Of a stretch of 39,176 nucleotides of DNA, positions 25,753 through 33,487 are shown in pieces. The translations under genes were made by a program, and so were the position numbers. The DNA comes from Minisyncoccota bacterium (GTDB taxonomy: Bacteria > Patescibacteriota > Minisyncoccia > Phycocordibacterales > UBA5272). The DNA lies in NCBI GenBank assembly GCA_043784805.1, contig JAYVXX010000111.1:1-39176 (forward strand). Reading direction: 5' to 3'. The notes under the pieces are model-generated. The model was not told the origin of the DNA. It ran no database searches and saw nothing but the letters and a program-made list of their open reading frames with translations. Every line of letters starts with the position of its first letter. The stretch's first letter is position 1.

Positions 25753-26613
25753 ATGAACCTAGCTCAACGCATTCTCTATGAAGGTCTGTGTAGGCCGAAC
25801 AATGTGAATCCTCACTTCAAGCTGGAGCTTGATGAGATGGTGAAGCTACTACCTATACAGATAGTGTCAGTGCCTCATTTTGAGACACCTAGGATTCTGG
25901 CTCAGTCTTACAGTGATCTGGAGGGAATTAAGAAGTTAGCCATCTATCATCTATACCCAGCCTACTGGATGGAAAATTCTACCAAAGGTACTCTGATATA
26001 TGACGGCAAGACTTTCGACAATGAAACTATCTACTCAGGAGCTTTGTTCCTATGGGAGAAGGGTATACCTACTATATTTAACATAGTAGCCCACCGATTT
26101 GAGAAACCTAAGATCATAGCTGCTTGGTTGCCGAGCAGTGACCCGCACGACAAGTTTGGCGTCTACACTATCTCTGACCTCACTAGCCGGTCAGCCTATG
26201 ATGCCAACGGAGATATACAGAAGATTATACAGCAAGCTACTATTTCAATGAATACGCTCTGGCCTATGTTTGCTGCACACAACCTACTACGCTGCTCGAA
26301 CATCACCGTCACCGATACTGAGATATCTCCTGATAGAGTTAAGCGGGCACGCCGTCTTACTACAGAGCCAACTCTAATCTACAAGACGTTAGTAGTTAGG
26401 GTGCCCAAAGAGCAAGCTAAAGCTTATGGCAGAGAGTGGGTGAACTTTGATGAGATGCCTATACACTCTGTACGCGGTCACTTCAAGAAGTACACAGTAG
26501 AGAAACCACTGTTTGGTAAATATATCGGTGAGTTCTTCTGTCCGCCCTTTGTGAAAGGTACTCCGGACAACGGCACTATATCCAAGGATTACAAACTCGA
26601 TGGGAACAAGTAA
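25753..26613 (+). CDS. Hypothetical protein (286 aa)
   Basis: ATG preceded by AGGAG at 25743-25747. By eye it is more AT-rich than its neighbours. No family recognised. Confidence 0.6.
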   Translation: MNLAQRILYEGLCRPNNVNPHFKLELDEMVKLLPIQIVSVPHFETPRILAQSYSDLEGIKKLAIYHLYPAYWMENSTKGTLIYDGKTFDNETIYSGALFLWEKGIPTIFNIVAHRFEKPKIIAAWLPSSDPHDKFGVYTISDLTSRSAYDANGDIQKIIQQATISMNTLWPMFAAHNLLRCSNITVTDTEISPDRVKRARRLTTEPTLIYKTLVVRVPKEQAKAYGREWVNFDEMPIHSVRGHFKKYTVEKPLFGKYIGEFFCPPFVKGTPDNGTISKDYKLDGNK

Positions 26614-26863
26614 CAGAATATACATCGTAGTAGATTCACCACCCGGCTACAAAGTAAGTAGGAGATACACAAAAGAAGTTATGTTACAGTATCTAACTCT
26701 CGATGGACACTGGACAGAGACTGGAGACATATTCACTAACGTGTCTCAGCTACAAGGAATGAAAGTCAAGGACTATAACTCTACGGCTGTTGTCTTTAGA
26801 GCATTGACCAAGAAACTACTCTCATTGAGGAAGAAACATGATCTCAGCATTCGACACGATTGA
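26600..26863 (+). CDS. Hypothetical protein (87 aa)
   Basis: An ATG ORF overlapping both neighbouring genes. Confidence 0.45.
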   Translation: MGTSNRIYIVVDSPPGYKVSRRYTKEVMLQYLTLDGHWTETGDIFTNVSQLQGMKVKDYNSTAVVFRALTKKLLSLRKKHDLSIRHD

Positions 26864-27815
26864 CGAACTATGGCTCTATGCGGCTGACCTTATTTTCAAG
26901 TATGGTCACGACTGTCCGTCACGTGACGGAGCTAGTAGGGAGATAATGGGCTTTGCGGCAAGGCTAAACAACCCCATGGCTCACTTCCTGTTTAACCCTG
27001 TGCGTAAACTTAACCCAGCGTACGCTGCGGCAGAGATGATCTGGTATCTGTCCGGCGATCAGAACATTGACAGGATACTACCATATGCCAAACAGTATGA
27101 GCGATTCGCCAACGATGGTATAGCTCACGGAGCTTATGGCTACCGATGGAAGAAGGACAGAAATTTTCTAGCAGAGAAGGAATACACCGGTATACCCAGC
27201 AAGTCTCAGTTAGAAGCTATTATAGACTTGCTGGCGGTGAAGCAGGCTACTAGACAGGCAGTGATGACGATGTGGAATGCTGGAGACTTACTACACGCTA
27301 TTGTGGGAGACTACAAAGACCTGCCCTGTACTTTAAGCTTAAACTTTCTGGTCAGGGCCAACAAGCTCTATATGACCACCACGATGCGCTCCAACGACAT
27401 ATGGCTTGGACTACCATATGATATCTTCTGCTTCACTAGCTTACAGATTATCATAGCTTCAGCTCTGAACCTAGGCTTGGGGTGGTATCAGCACCAAGCT
27501 ATGTCGATGCATATCTATGACCGTAACATTGAGAAGTGTAGGCTTGCTGTCAACCCGCCAGAGTTTAAGTGCGGGCCGATGGATTATAGTCTGGAATCTA
27601 CCGGAGCTAGTATCTTCCAACGTATCAGATCACTAGTACAGACAGAAGAACATAACCAACGTTTTGCCACTGTGAGCAAAGTAGCTAACTTGGGAGGGGA
27701 GTTTTCCCTGTTCGAGAATTTATCTTGTATGGCAGCCTATCGTTGGTGCCCAGATAGAGCTTATGAGAGAGTGAGTACAAAACTTTTACAGGAGTACATG
27801 CATGTTAATTCTTGA
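26838..27815 (+). CDS. Thymidylate-synthase-fold pyrimidine C5 transferase with dCMP-type specificity residue (dCMP hydroxymethylase/methylase-like)
   Basis: Core ThyA motifs are present: AYGYRW, RQAVMTMWN, DLPCTLSLNFLV (Cys164, nt 27327-27329), TMRSNDIWLGLPYDIFCF and MHIYDRN. Asp195 (GAT 27420-27422) occupies the position of ThyA Asn177, as does Asp179 in T4 gp42. Confidence 0.8.
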   Translation: MISAFDTIDELWLYAADLIFKYGHDCPSRDGASREIMGFAARLNNPMAHFLFNPVRKLNPAYAAAEMIWYLSGDQNIDRILPYAKQYERFANDGIAHGAYGYRWKKDRNFLAEKEYTGIPSKSQLEAIIDLLAVKQATRQAVMTMWNAGDLLHAIVGDYKDLPCTLSLNFLVRANKLYMTTTMRSNDIWLGLPYDIFCFTSLQIIIASALNLGLGWYQHQAMSMHIYDRNIEKCRLAVNPPEFKCGPMDYSLESTGASIFQRIRSLVQTEEHNQRFATVSKVANLGGEFSLFENLSCMAAYRWCPDRAYERVSTKLLQEYMHVNS

Positions 27816-28329
27816 AGGAGCTGGTAGACTAGGTAAGTCTACCGCAGCGTCACGGTTAAACGAGTTGGCTATACAACGTGGATGGACGTGGGTACAGAAA
27901 AGAAAAATGAACAAACCTGGTCCAGACTTTGACTGGAGATATCAGAATCTCATCGAGCCAGAGATTATCCAAGATAGATTTCATCTAGGTGGGTTGGCCT
28001 ACCATCATCAAGATGAGACACAGCTTGATGAGATCAGAGTACAGATAATCAACAGCTGGATTCACGCGACTGGTGGTATAATCGTCTTGTTTTACACTGA
28101 TAACATGGCGTTCTATGGCAAACAGTTTTCCGCTTTCCGCCACGAGAATAAGCCAGACAATATGGATCACTACATCCTACAACAATCAGCAAACTATAAA
28201 TTCACTGACATGCAGAGATATGCTGATCATGTAGTAAGAGTGAACAGTGTCGATGACTTCCCTACTGACGACACGTTAAACTTCTGGCTCGATGAATGGG
28301 CCATCCGCCGTGGCTTCGCACTGGAGTAA
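27802..28329 (+). CDS. P-loop deoxynucleoside monophosphate kinase (thymidylate kinase-like)
   Basis: Walker A is LEGAGRLGKST. QDRFHLGGLAY resembles the TMK DRY..S..AY motif. The gene sits between the ThyA-fold and deaminase genes. Confidence 0.65.
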   Translation: MLILEGAGRLGKSTAASRLNELAIQRGWTWVQKRKMNKPGPDFDWRYQNLIEPEIIQDRFHLGGLAYHHQDETQLDEIRVQIINSWIHATGGIIVLFYTDNMAFYGKQFSAFRHENKPDNMDHYILQQSANYKFTDMQRYADHVVRVNSVDDFPTDDTLNFWLDEWAIRRGFALE

Positions 28330-28332
28330 TTT

Positions 28333-28869
28333 ATGTACACAGAAATAGCTAGTAGTATCTTACAAACCATGGACTCTGCACAGAAGTACGCAGCAAGCAG
28401 AGTAACCTGTAAGCGTAAAGCTGTCGGCTGCGCAGCGGTGAGGATAGTAGGTGGCTTCTTAGATAAAACTCGATATACTTACAACGGACCAAGTATATCG
28501 AGAAGTGTCTGTACAAACATAGTAGGTAACTGTGGGTGCTCTCACGCAGAGCCACGGATGGTCATGAAGCTACTTCATGACGGATACGCAGGCGGGAAGA
28601 AGTTTGTCCTGCTGTGCGAGTATTCGCCATGTACTAATTGCGCGAACATTATACTGGACTCCAACCTGTTTCACGGAATCATATATCACAAGCTAACAGA
28701 GCACGATGTAAGGGGCAGAGACTACTTACTGCAAGCATGGCCGCTAGGTGTACTCACTACTGACCAGCTAGTAGCTTACATCAACGATAGTAGGTATGAG
28801 GGTATCACCTTAGCTACTAAGGTGGTAGTGTCTTCTGTGCGAGATTCTTTTGATCACTGGTCACTATGA
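28333..28869 (+). CDS. dCMP/cytidine deaminase-family zinc enzyme
   Basis: The zinc-binding motifs CSHAEPRMV (H-A-E) and SPCTNCANIIL (PCxxC) are present. Confidence 0.85.
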   Translation: MYTEIASSILQTMDSAQKYAASRVTCKRKAVGCAAVRIVGGFLDKTRYTYNGPSISRSVCTNIVGNCGCSHAEPRMVMKLLHDGYAGGKKFVLLCEYSPCTNCANIILDSNLFHGIIYHKLTEHDVRGRDYLLQAWPLGVLTTDQLVAYINDSRYEGITLATKVVVSSVRDSFDHWSL

Positions 28870-30857
28870 TAAATCCTAACTACAAATTAGTAACTAACAG
28901 CACTCAACTACCTAACGTGGCTGGGTGCGAGCACCTATTCTTAGACGTTGAGACATGTATTATGTCTGATGTCAAGAAGTGGGCAGGCTTGTACCCATTT
29001 AAGGGAGACAGAATTGCTGGCATAGCTCTCAAAACTTCCGACAGTCCAACGTGTTGGTATGTGCCGGTGAGACACAAGAATTATAACAACGTGGACTTCT
29101 CAGCGTATCAGAAGTGGCTCACGGAAATTATGTCTAAACGGGACGGGTGGTGGATCAATCATAACATCCTAATAGACATGGCTTTTGTGGCTCACGATGG
29201 TGTACCTATCCACCGTCAAGTAATAGATACTCTCACTACTGTGAAGCTACTAGACACTGACCGCATGAAATATGGGTTAAAACCTTACTGCAAGGAAGTG
29301 CTGGGCTTGCCGATGGCTGAGGAGCTAGGGATTAAAGCTGCTCTGAAAATTATCAAGTCTAAAAGCTACGGCGATGTACATCCTAACATAATGGGAGAAT
29401 ATGCTTGTAATGACGTGTTCGCCAACGAAATACTTCACCAGCACATAGAGTCTACTTTGCCGGAGCAGGTGCGAGGAGTGTATAAGACAGAGATACTACT
29501 AACTCCCATACTTCACGATATGGAGTTGGTAGGCCAGCAAGTAGTTAAGCAGGAGCTTATCCTAGATAAGCTTGCTGGCATCCGGCTACTCATAGAGCTG
29601 AGCTCAAAGTTGGCAGAGCTAACTAACAGAGAGTTCACTAACAGCTCTATATGTATCAGGGACATTTTCTGTAATATCCTGGGTCTACCTGTCTTGCTGA
29701 CCATTACTAAAAGAGATTCACTCACAGGTAGATACATAGATACTGGCAGGCCGTGTTTTGATAAGAAAGCTCTGGCACTATATGAAGTACATCCGCAGGT
29801 GACTGGGAATAAGACTAACAACAAGATAGTCCAGATGATCATGGCCTATCGTAAGGAGTCACAGCACCAGTCTCTGTTTGTTAATAGCTTCCTAGAGCTT
29901 ATGGATAGCTCAGAGCGTATTCATACTACCTACACGCAGCTAGTAAGGACAGGCCGGATGTCAGCCAAACGTCCCAATGGTCAGCAGAACACTAAACGCA
30001 GCAAGAGACTTATCAAGCCACGTAAGGGCAGATGCTTTATATCCTGCGATTATTCACAGATTGAGTTCAGGCTTATCGTTCACTATATCCGCGATCAAGA
30101 CGCCATCATGGCGTATCATGAGAATCCAAAGACAGATTTCCATGAATGGGTGGCGAACATGTGTCACATGGATCGATCCGCCGGCAAGACTATGAATTTC
30201 AGAATCGGGTTTGGTGCTGGTAAGTTCAACGTAGAAGCTGCTCTTGCTACAGATAAGAGTGTGGCGGCGGAAGTGTCTAAAGAAGTGGAAAAGATGGGCA
30301 TTGCTGACGACCAGAAAAACAGGATGTTCCATCAGCTATGTAAGGACAGGGCGGCAGCGTTGTATCATAAGTATCATGAGACTCTGCCCGGTATTAAGAA
30401 GACATCTGCGGAGGCAGAAGCAGTGTGTAAACGTCGTGGGTTTGTGTTTAACAATCACGGCAGACGGAGACACTTACCACCGAAAGCAGCAAGAAAAGCA
30501 TTTAATAACCTGTGCCAAGGTGACGCGATGGATATCATTAAGGAGCGTATGGTGGCGATATCACACCTATATAACAAGAAGATGCGCGACTGGGACATTA
30601 GAATTGCTGCTAACGTCCACGATGAGATTCTCTTTGATGCGCCTGAAGAGCTAATGCTAAACACGGAAGTCCACGACTATATATTGTCTGTGCTCCAGAC
30701 GCCTGACGTGAAATACTCCGTGCCGATTATCGCTGGACTGGGCGTATCTAAGAATAATTGGGGTGAGGCCAGCGGCGATCTGTCCGTGCTGGAGGACGGG
30801 TCGAAAGTTAAAACCGTACCTGACGGAGCTAAAATTTTGGCCGGAAAACTGCGCTAA
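28866..30857 (+). CDS. Family A DNA polymerase with 3'-5' exonuclease domain
   Basis: Exo I is FLDVET, Exo II HNILIDM and Exo III YACNDV. Pol motif A is DYSQIEFRL, motif B RSAGKTMNFRIGFGAG and motif C NVHDEILF. Confidence 0.95.
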   Translation: MINPNYKLVTNSTQLPNVAGCEHLFLDVETCIMSDVKKWAGLYPFKGDRIAGIALKTSDSPTCWYVPVRHKNYNNVDFSAYQKWLTEIMSKRDGWWINHNILIDMAFVAHDGVPIHRQVIDTLTTVKLLDTDRMKYGLKPYCKEVLGLPMAEELGIKAALKIIKSKSYGDVHPNIMGEYACNDVFANEILHQHIESTLPEQVRGVYKTEILLTPILHDMELVGQQVVKQELILDKLAGIRLLIELSSKLAELTNREFTNSSICIRDIFCNILGLPVLLTITKRDSLTGRYIDTGRPCFDKKALALYEVHPQVTGNKTNNKIVQMIMAYRKESQHQSLFVNSFLELMDSSERIHTTYTQLVRTGRMSAKRPNGQQNTKRSKRLIKPRKGRCFISCDYSQIEFRLIVHYIRDQDAIMAYHENPKTDFHEWVANMCHMDRSAGKTMNFRIGFGAGKFNVEAALATDKSVAAEVSKEVEKMGIADDQKNRMFHQLCKDRAAALYHKYHETLPGIKKTSAEAEAVCKRRGFVFNNHGRRRHLPPKAARKAFNNLCQGDAMDIIKERMVAISHLYNKKMRDWDIRIAANVHDEILFDAPEELMLNTEVHDYILSVLQTPDVKYSVPIIAGLGVSKNNWGEASGDLSVLEDGSKVKTVPDGAKILAGKLR

Positions 30858-30913
30858 ATCGCACTTTTCCGCAACTTTTACGCGTTTCCGCTAAGTAAAC
30901 GCAGCTAGAGCGT

Positions 30914-30935
30914 AAAACGCGGCGTTTTTGTTCCT
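30914..30935 (+). terminator. Palindrome AAAACGC-G-GCGTTTT plus T-run, terminator-like
   Basis: The arms at 30914-20 and 30922-28 are followed by TTGTT. A second hairpin, GCGTTT (30882-87) with AAACGC (30897-902), lies upstream. The stems are short and the loop of the first is sterically tight. Confidence 0.3.
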
Positions 30936-31028
30936 AATAGGATTTACAGGTTGAAATAAATAATTCAATCAGGCGGACACAGAATCGTGGTGGATGGAAT
31001 AATTCTTTAAATAATTATGATTTAGCTC

Positions 31029-31057
31029 TTGACTTGGCCTGATTGAGCCGATATACT
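31029..31057 (+). promoter_or_regulatory. Sigma70-type early promoter TTGACT-17-TATACT
   Basis: -35 at 31029-31034 and -10 at 31052-31057. It has the TAGCTCTTGACTT block with three AATAATT repeats upstream (about 30959, 30998 and 31011). Confidence 0.7.
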
Positions 31058-31080
31058 CTTGGGCTGTGGTAAAGAGAGTT

Positions 31081-31102
31081 TAACTAGTAGGAGAATGCGA
31101 TG
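31081..31102 (+). promoter_or_regulatory. Conserved leader/RBS cassette TAACTAGTAGGAGAATGCGATG (exact copy)
   Basis: Ends in ATG 31100. Confidence 0.7.
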
Positions 31103-31351
31103 AAGACTTACGATGATGTATCTGATAAGATGTTCCTTGTTCTGAACATTGCCCTTTCTGAGAATGTCGTATGTCTGGACCGGAGCGATAAAATTCCAAC
31201 AGAGCTGGTGTCTATGATTGAGTTGGCTGAAGAGGAGTTGAAGTCAGTAAGCGATGAATATCTGGAGAATGTGGAGTTTGAAGGCACTAATAATGCCATC
31301 GATGAATGCGGCGGTGCGGCCATCAAATACTATAATGCAATCGCGGAATAG
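31100..31351 (+). CDS. Small strongly acidic early protein (83 aa)
   Basis: It has a promoter, leader cassette and ATG. It carries about 19 Asp/Glu against 6 Lys/Arg. Confidence 0.65.
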   Translation: MKTYDDVSDKMFLVLNIALSENVVCLDRSDKIPTELVSMIELAEEELKSVSDEYLENVEFEGTNNAIDECGGAAIKYYNAIAE

Positions 31352-31396
31352 TATATCGAGAGTAACCATCCGGTACTGAGGATGACAGGCTAACAG

Positions 31397-31418
31397 TAAC
31401 TAGTAGGAGAATGCGATG
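31397..31418 (+). promoter_or_regulatory. Conserved leader/RBS cassette TAACTAGTAGGAGAATGCGATG (exact copy)
   Basis: Ends in ATG 31416. Confidence 0.7.
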
Positions 31419-31649
31419 AAGATCACTCTCAAAGAATTGACGATGGACGGCTCAGGGAATTTCTGCACAGAAGCTTCTCAGCTGCGCATCAAACCGGGTG
31501 CGGCTTGGCCCACTACGATAGAAGTCTGGAATGACGGCCAGCAACTCTTTGCCTCCATGGACTACCGTGATTTGATACACACGTCGTCATTTGAAGGCAG
31601 ACGATATTGGAACACGGAGGATGTGACGATCACTATCTTCAACGACTAG
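31416..31649 (+). CDS. Small early protein (77 aa)
   Basis: Leader cassette plus ATG. No family recognised. Confidence 0.65.
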   Translation: MKITLKELTMDGSGNFCTEASQLRIKPGAAWPTTIEVWNDGQQLFASMDYRDLIHTSSFEGRRYWNTEDVTITIFND

Positions 31650-31676
31650 TCGAAACAGCTCCTTGAAGGAGATGTC

Positions 31677-31694
31677 TAACAGGAGAATGCGATG
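31677..31694 (+). promoter_or_regulatory. Leader/RBS cassette, short form TAACAGGAGAATGCGATG
   Basis: It has the same AGGAGAATGCGATG core as the exact copies and ends in ATG 31692. Confidence 0.6.
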
Positions 31695-31958
31695 AAATTC
31701 GAGATTAAAAATATCGTGTCTAGCTCATCAACCGTGGTCTTCAAGGTAGTCTCCACGACCGGAGCGTACAGCGAGTTTTCCGCACCGGAAATACGGGTGG
31801 AGAAGAAGTATGGCACAACCGTATTCGCGGCACCCACAATTTCCTGGAGCAGCAACAACCTGTCGGCTGGAAAGGCTCGCGAGTTTGCTGAAGCTCTTAC
31901 CTACGCTATATCGGCGATGCCGGTGATATCGGCGATGGCAAAGAATTTTCACGGATAA
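31692..31958 (+). CDS. Small early protein (88 aa)
   Basis: Leader cassette plus ATG. No family recognised. Confidence 0.65.
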   Translation: MKFEIKNIVSSSSTVVFKVVSTTGAYSEFSAPEIRVEKKYGTTVFAAPTISWSSNNLSAGKAREFAEALTYAISAMPVISAMAKNFHG

Positions 31959-31961
31959 CTC

Positions 31962-31990
31962 TTTACTTTTAACCTATTATAGTCTATAGT
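31962..31990 (+). promoter_or_regulatory. Sigma70-type early promoter TTTACT-17-TATAGT
   Basis: -35 at 31962-31967 and -10 at 31985-31990. It has the AACTCTTTACTT block and begins 4 nt after the upstream stop. Confidence 0.6.
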
Positions 31991-32051
31991 AGGTTCTCTG
32001 ACGGCTGCCGACAGTCTCCGATGGAGACGGGCAAATAGTTTCAGTTTTCTA

Positions 32052-32069
32052 TAGTAGGAGAATGTTATG
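32052..32069 (+). promoter_or_regulatory. Leader/RBS cassette variant TAGTAGGAGAATGTTATG
   Basis: Ends in ATG 32067. Confidence 0.6.
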
Positions 32070-32675
32070 TCCAATGTTCAAATTAGCGGCACCAAGAAGA
32101 TCGGTGGCAACAAGGCAACTCAGACCAAGAGCAACGTAGCTCCGGCTGAAGTAGTCACAACCACTGTCACTCCTGCCGCACAACCGGAGTCTCAAGTGGA
32201 AGTTACTACCAATACCGTTACCCAGACCGAACCGCAGACCATCCCCGCAGGAGCTGTGCCCGCTGGCACGGAAGCTCCCAAGAAGCGTGGGCCCATCGGT
32301 GCGGTGCGCACCGTGTTCGATATCGCCAACGGCAAAGACGCTGCCGGTGTATCAGTCTACAACAGTGAGAAGAAAGTTCTCACAGGCGTCCCGATCAACT
32401 ATGATTGGAACAAAAACTCCCCTTTGGAGGATAAGCAATTCGTAGACAAAGCTACGGCTCTGGACTTCAAGGCGCATATCGCCGACAAGTGGGCAGAACG
32501 TTATATTGGGTCCGCCAAGAATTACCGGCTCAAGGCTGAGATGTATCGTAAGGGTGGCAACCCGGACGATACCAAGAAGATGGAAAAGATGGAAAAGATG
32601 CGTCGGGAATACGCTGCGTACGCTGCGCAGCTGAAAGCCGATGGCATCGAGGTGCCGCCTTTGTGTGCTTCGTAG
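32067..32675 (+). CDS. Early protein (202 aa) with Thr/Pro/Gln/Val-rich low-complexity N-terminus
   Basis: It has a promoter, leader and ATG. It contains the MEKMEKM tandem (ATGGAAAAG x2 at 32581-32598). Confidence 0.7.
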   Translation: MSNVQISGTKKIGGNKATQTKSNVAPAEVVTTTVTPAAQPESQVEVTTNTVTQTEPQTIPAGAVPAGTEAPKKRGPIGAVRTVFDIANGKDAAGVSVYNSEKKVLTGVPINYDWNKNSPLEDKQFVDKATALDFKAHIADKWAERYIGSAKNYRLKAEMYRKGGNPDDTKKMEKMEKMRREYAAYAAQLKADGIEVPPLCAS

Positions 32676-32698
32676 TTAGTCTGTCTGCTCAGACACTC

Positions 32699-32730
32699 AC
32701 ACCTATCCAGTCTAACGGCTGGATAGGTGT
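32699..32730 (+). terminator. Hairpin terminator
   Basis: ACACCTATCCAG (32699-32710) pairs with CTGGATAGGTGT (32719-32730) around an 8-nt loop and is followed by TTAAACTCTT. It starts 24 nt after the stop. Confidence 0.55.
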
Positions 32731-32739
32731 TTAAACTCT

Positions 32740-32760
32740 TAACCAGTAGGAGCAGCCATG
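32740..32760 (+). promoter_or_regulatory. Leader/RBS cassette variant TAACCAGTAGGAGCAGCCATG
   Basis: Ends in ATG 32758. Confidence 0.55.
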
Positions 32761-33063
32761 AGCGAGAAACAAGCCGTTCGGTCCATCCAAGAGAAGTCTA
32801 CTGACCTAGACAATCGGGTAAGATACTACCGATACTTGGTGGAGAACAACGACAAACTACGTGCAGAGCTACTATCTAAGTACAACCAGGCTAAGTCTGA
32901 CCTAGATAGGCACGATGAGAAGGTAGTGATGGCGGAGTCCATCATAGCTGAGTGCATAGGTAAGAAGGACAAGCTTGTCCATGAGGTTAAGGTAGTACAG
33001 GCCACTCCAGCTTTGGAGAAGCTTGCTGCCATCCGTAGGAAGTTCCTTGAATTATCTGCTTAA
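32758..33063 (+). CDS. Small coiled-coil-like protein (101 aa)
   Basis: Leader cassette plus ATG. The composition is charged with a heptad-like pattern. Confidence 0.65.
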   Translation: MSEKQAVRSIQEKSTDLDNRVRYYRYLVENNDKLRAELLSKYNQAKSDLDRHDEKVVMAESIIAECIGKKDKLVHEVKVVQATPALEKLAAIRRKFLELSA

Positions 33064-33487
33064 CACGATAGACGTGTTCACTGACCAGCCTACTTTCGAC
33101 TTGGAAGTTAGCTTGCTGGCCACCACTCCGGTGACAGGCTACGATCTGGTGAGTAGTGTTCAACCTATATCCAGAGTAGTTTATGCCCCATTCTCCGATA
33201 CGTTGAGCCTGAGCTTGACCGGCGACTTGGGAACGGTGCTGGACAACGTAGCGTTGCCCGTATCTGGCCAGCAACTCCTACAGAGACTCACGTTTGAGAG
33301 TAGGTCTGAGACGATACTGTTCAGTGGGTCAGTAGCGGGTGCCGCACCGACTTTCGCAGACATCTCCGTGCCCGACGTGTTGGTACACGTAACGGTGGTG
33401 CCTGAGCCTCAACTATTTGTAGGAGTATTATGTATATTGGCGTTTGTCAGCAGCCGGTTGAATCGTTCCCAAAATGGCAAGACCTAG
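33023..33487 (+). CDS. ATG-less ORF ending in a PEP-CTERM-like sorting signal (start uncertain: TTG 33023 or GTG 33074)
   Basis: It is the only long ORF covering the 366-nt gap 33064-33429. It has no Met codon in 154 codons. GGAG at 33015-33018 precedes TTG 33023. The C-terminus is VVPEPQLFVGVLCILAFVSSRLNR (PEP at 33401-33409). Confidence 0.4.
   Translation: MLPSVGSSLNYLLNTIDVFTDQPTFDLEVSLLATTPVTGYDLVSSVQPISRVVYAPFSDTLSLSLTGDLGTVLDNVALPVSGQQLLQRLTFESRSETILFSGSVAGAAPTFADISVPDVLVHVTVVPEPQLFVGVLCILAFVSSRLNRSQNGKT

Noticed and set aside
110-30654. Alternative-frame + strand ORFs inside known genes (110-295, 764-1096, 3233-3496, 16190-16489, 17433-17618, 21559-21822, 22928-23218, 29977-30195, 30244-30654)
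   Set aside because: They lie wholly within genes whose primary frame carries diagnostic motifs (capsid, tail tube, AAA+, primase, PolA). They have no independent start context. I treat them as chance open frames. Overprinting cannot be excluded without comparative data.
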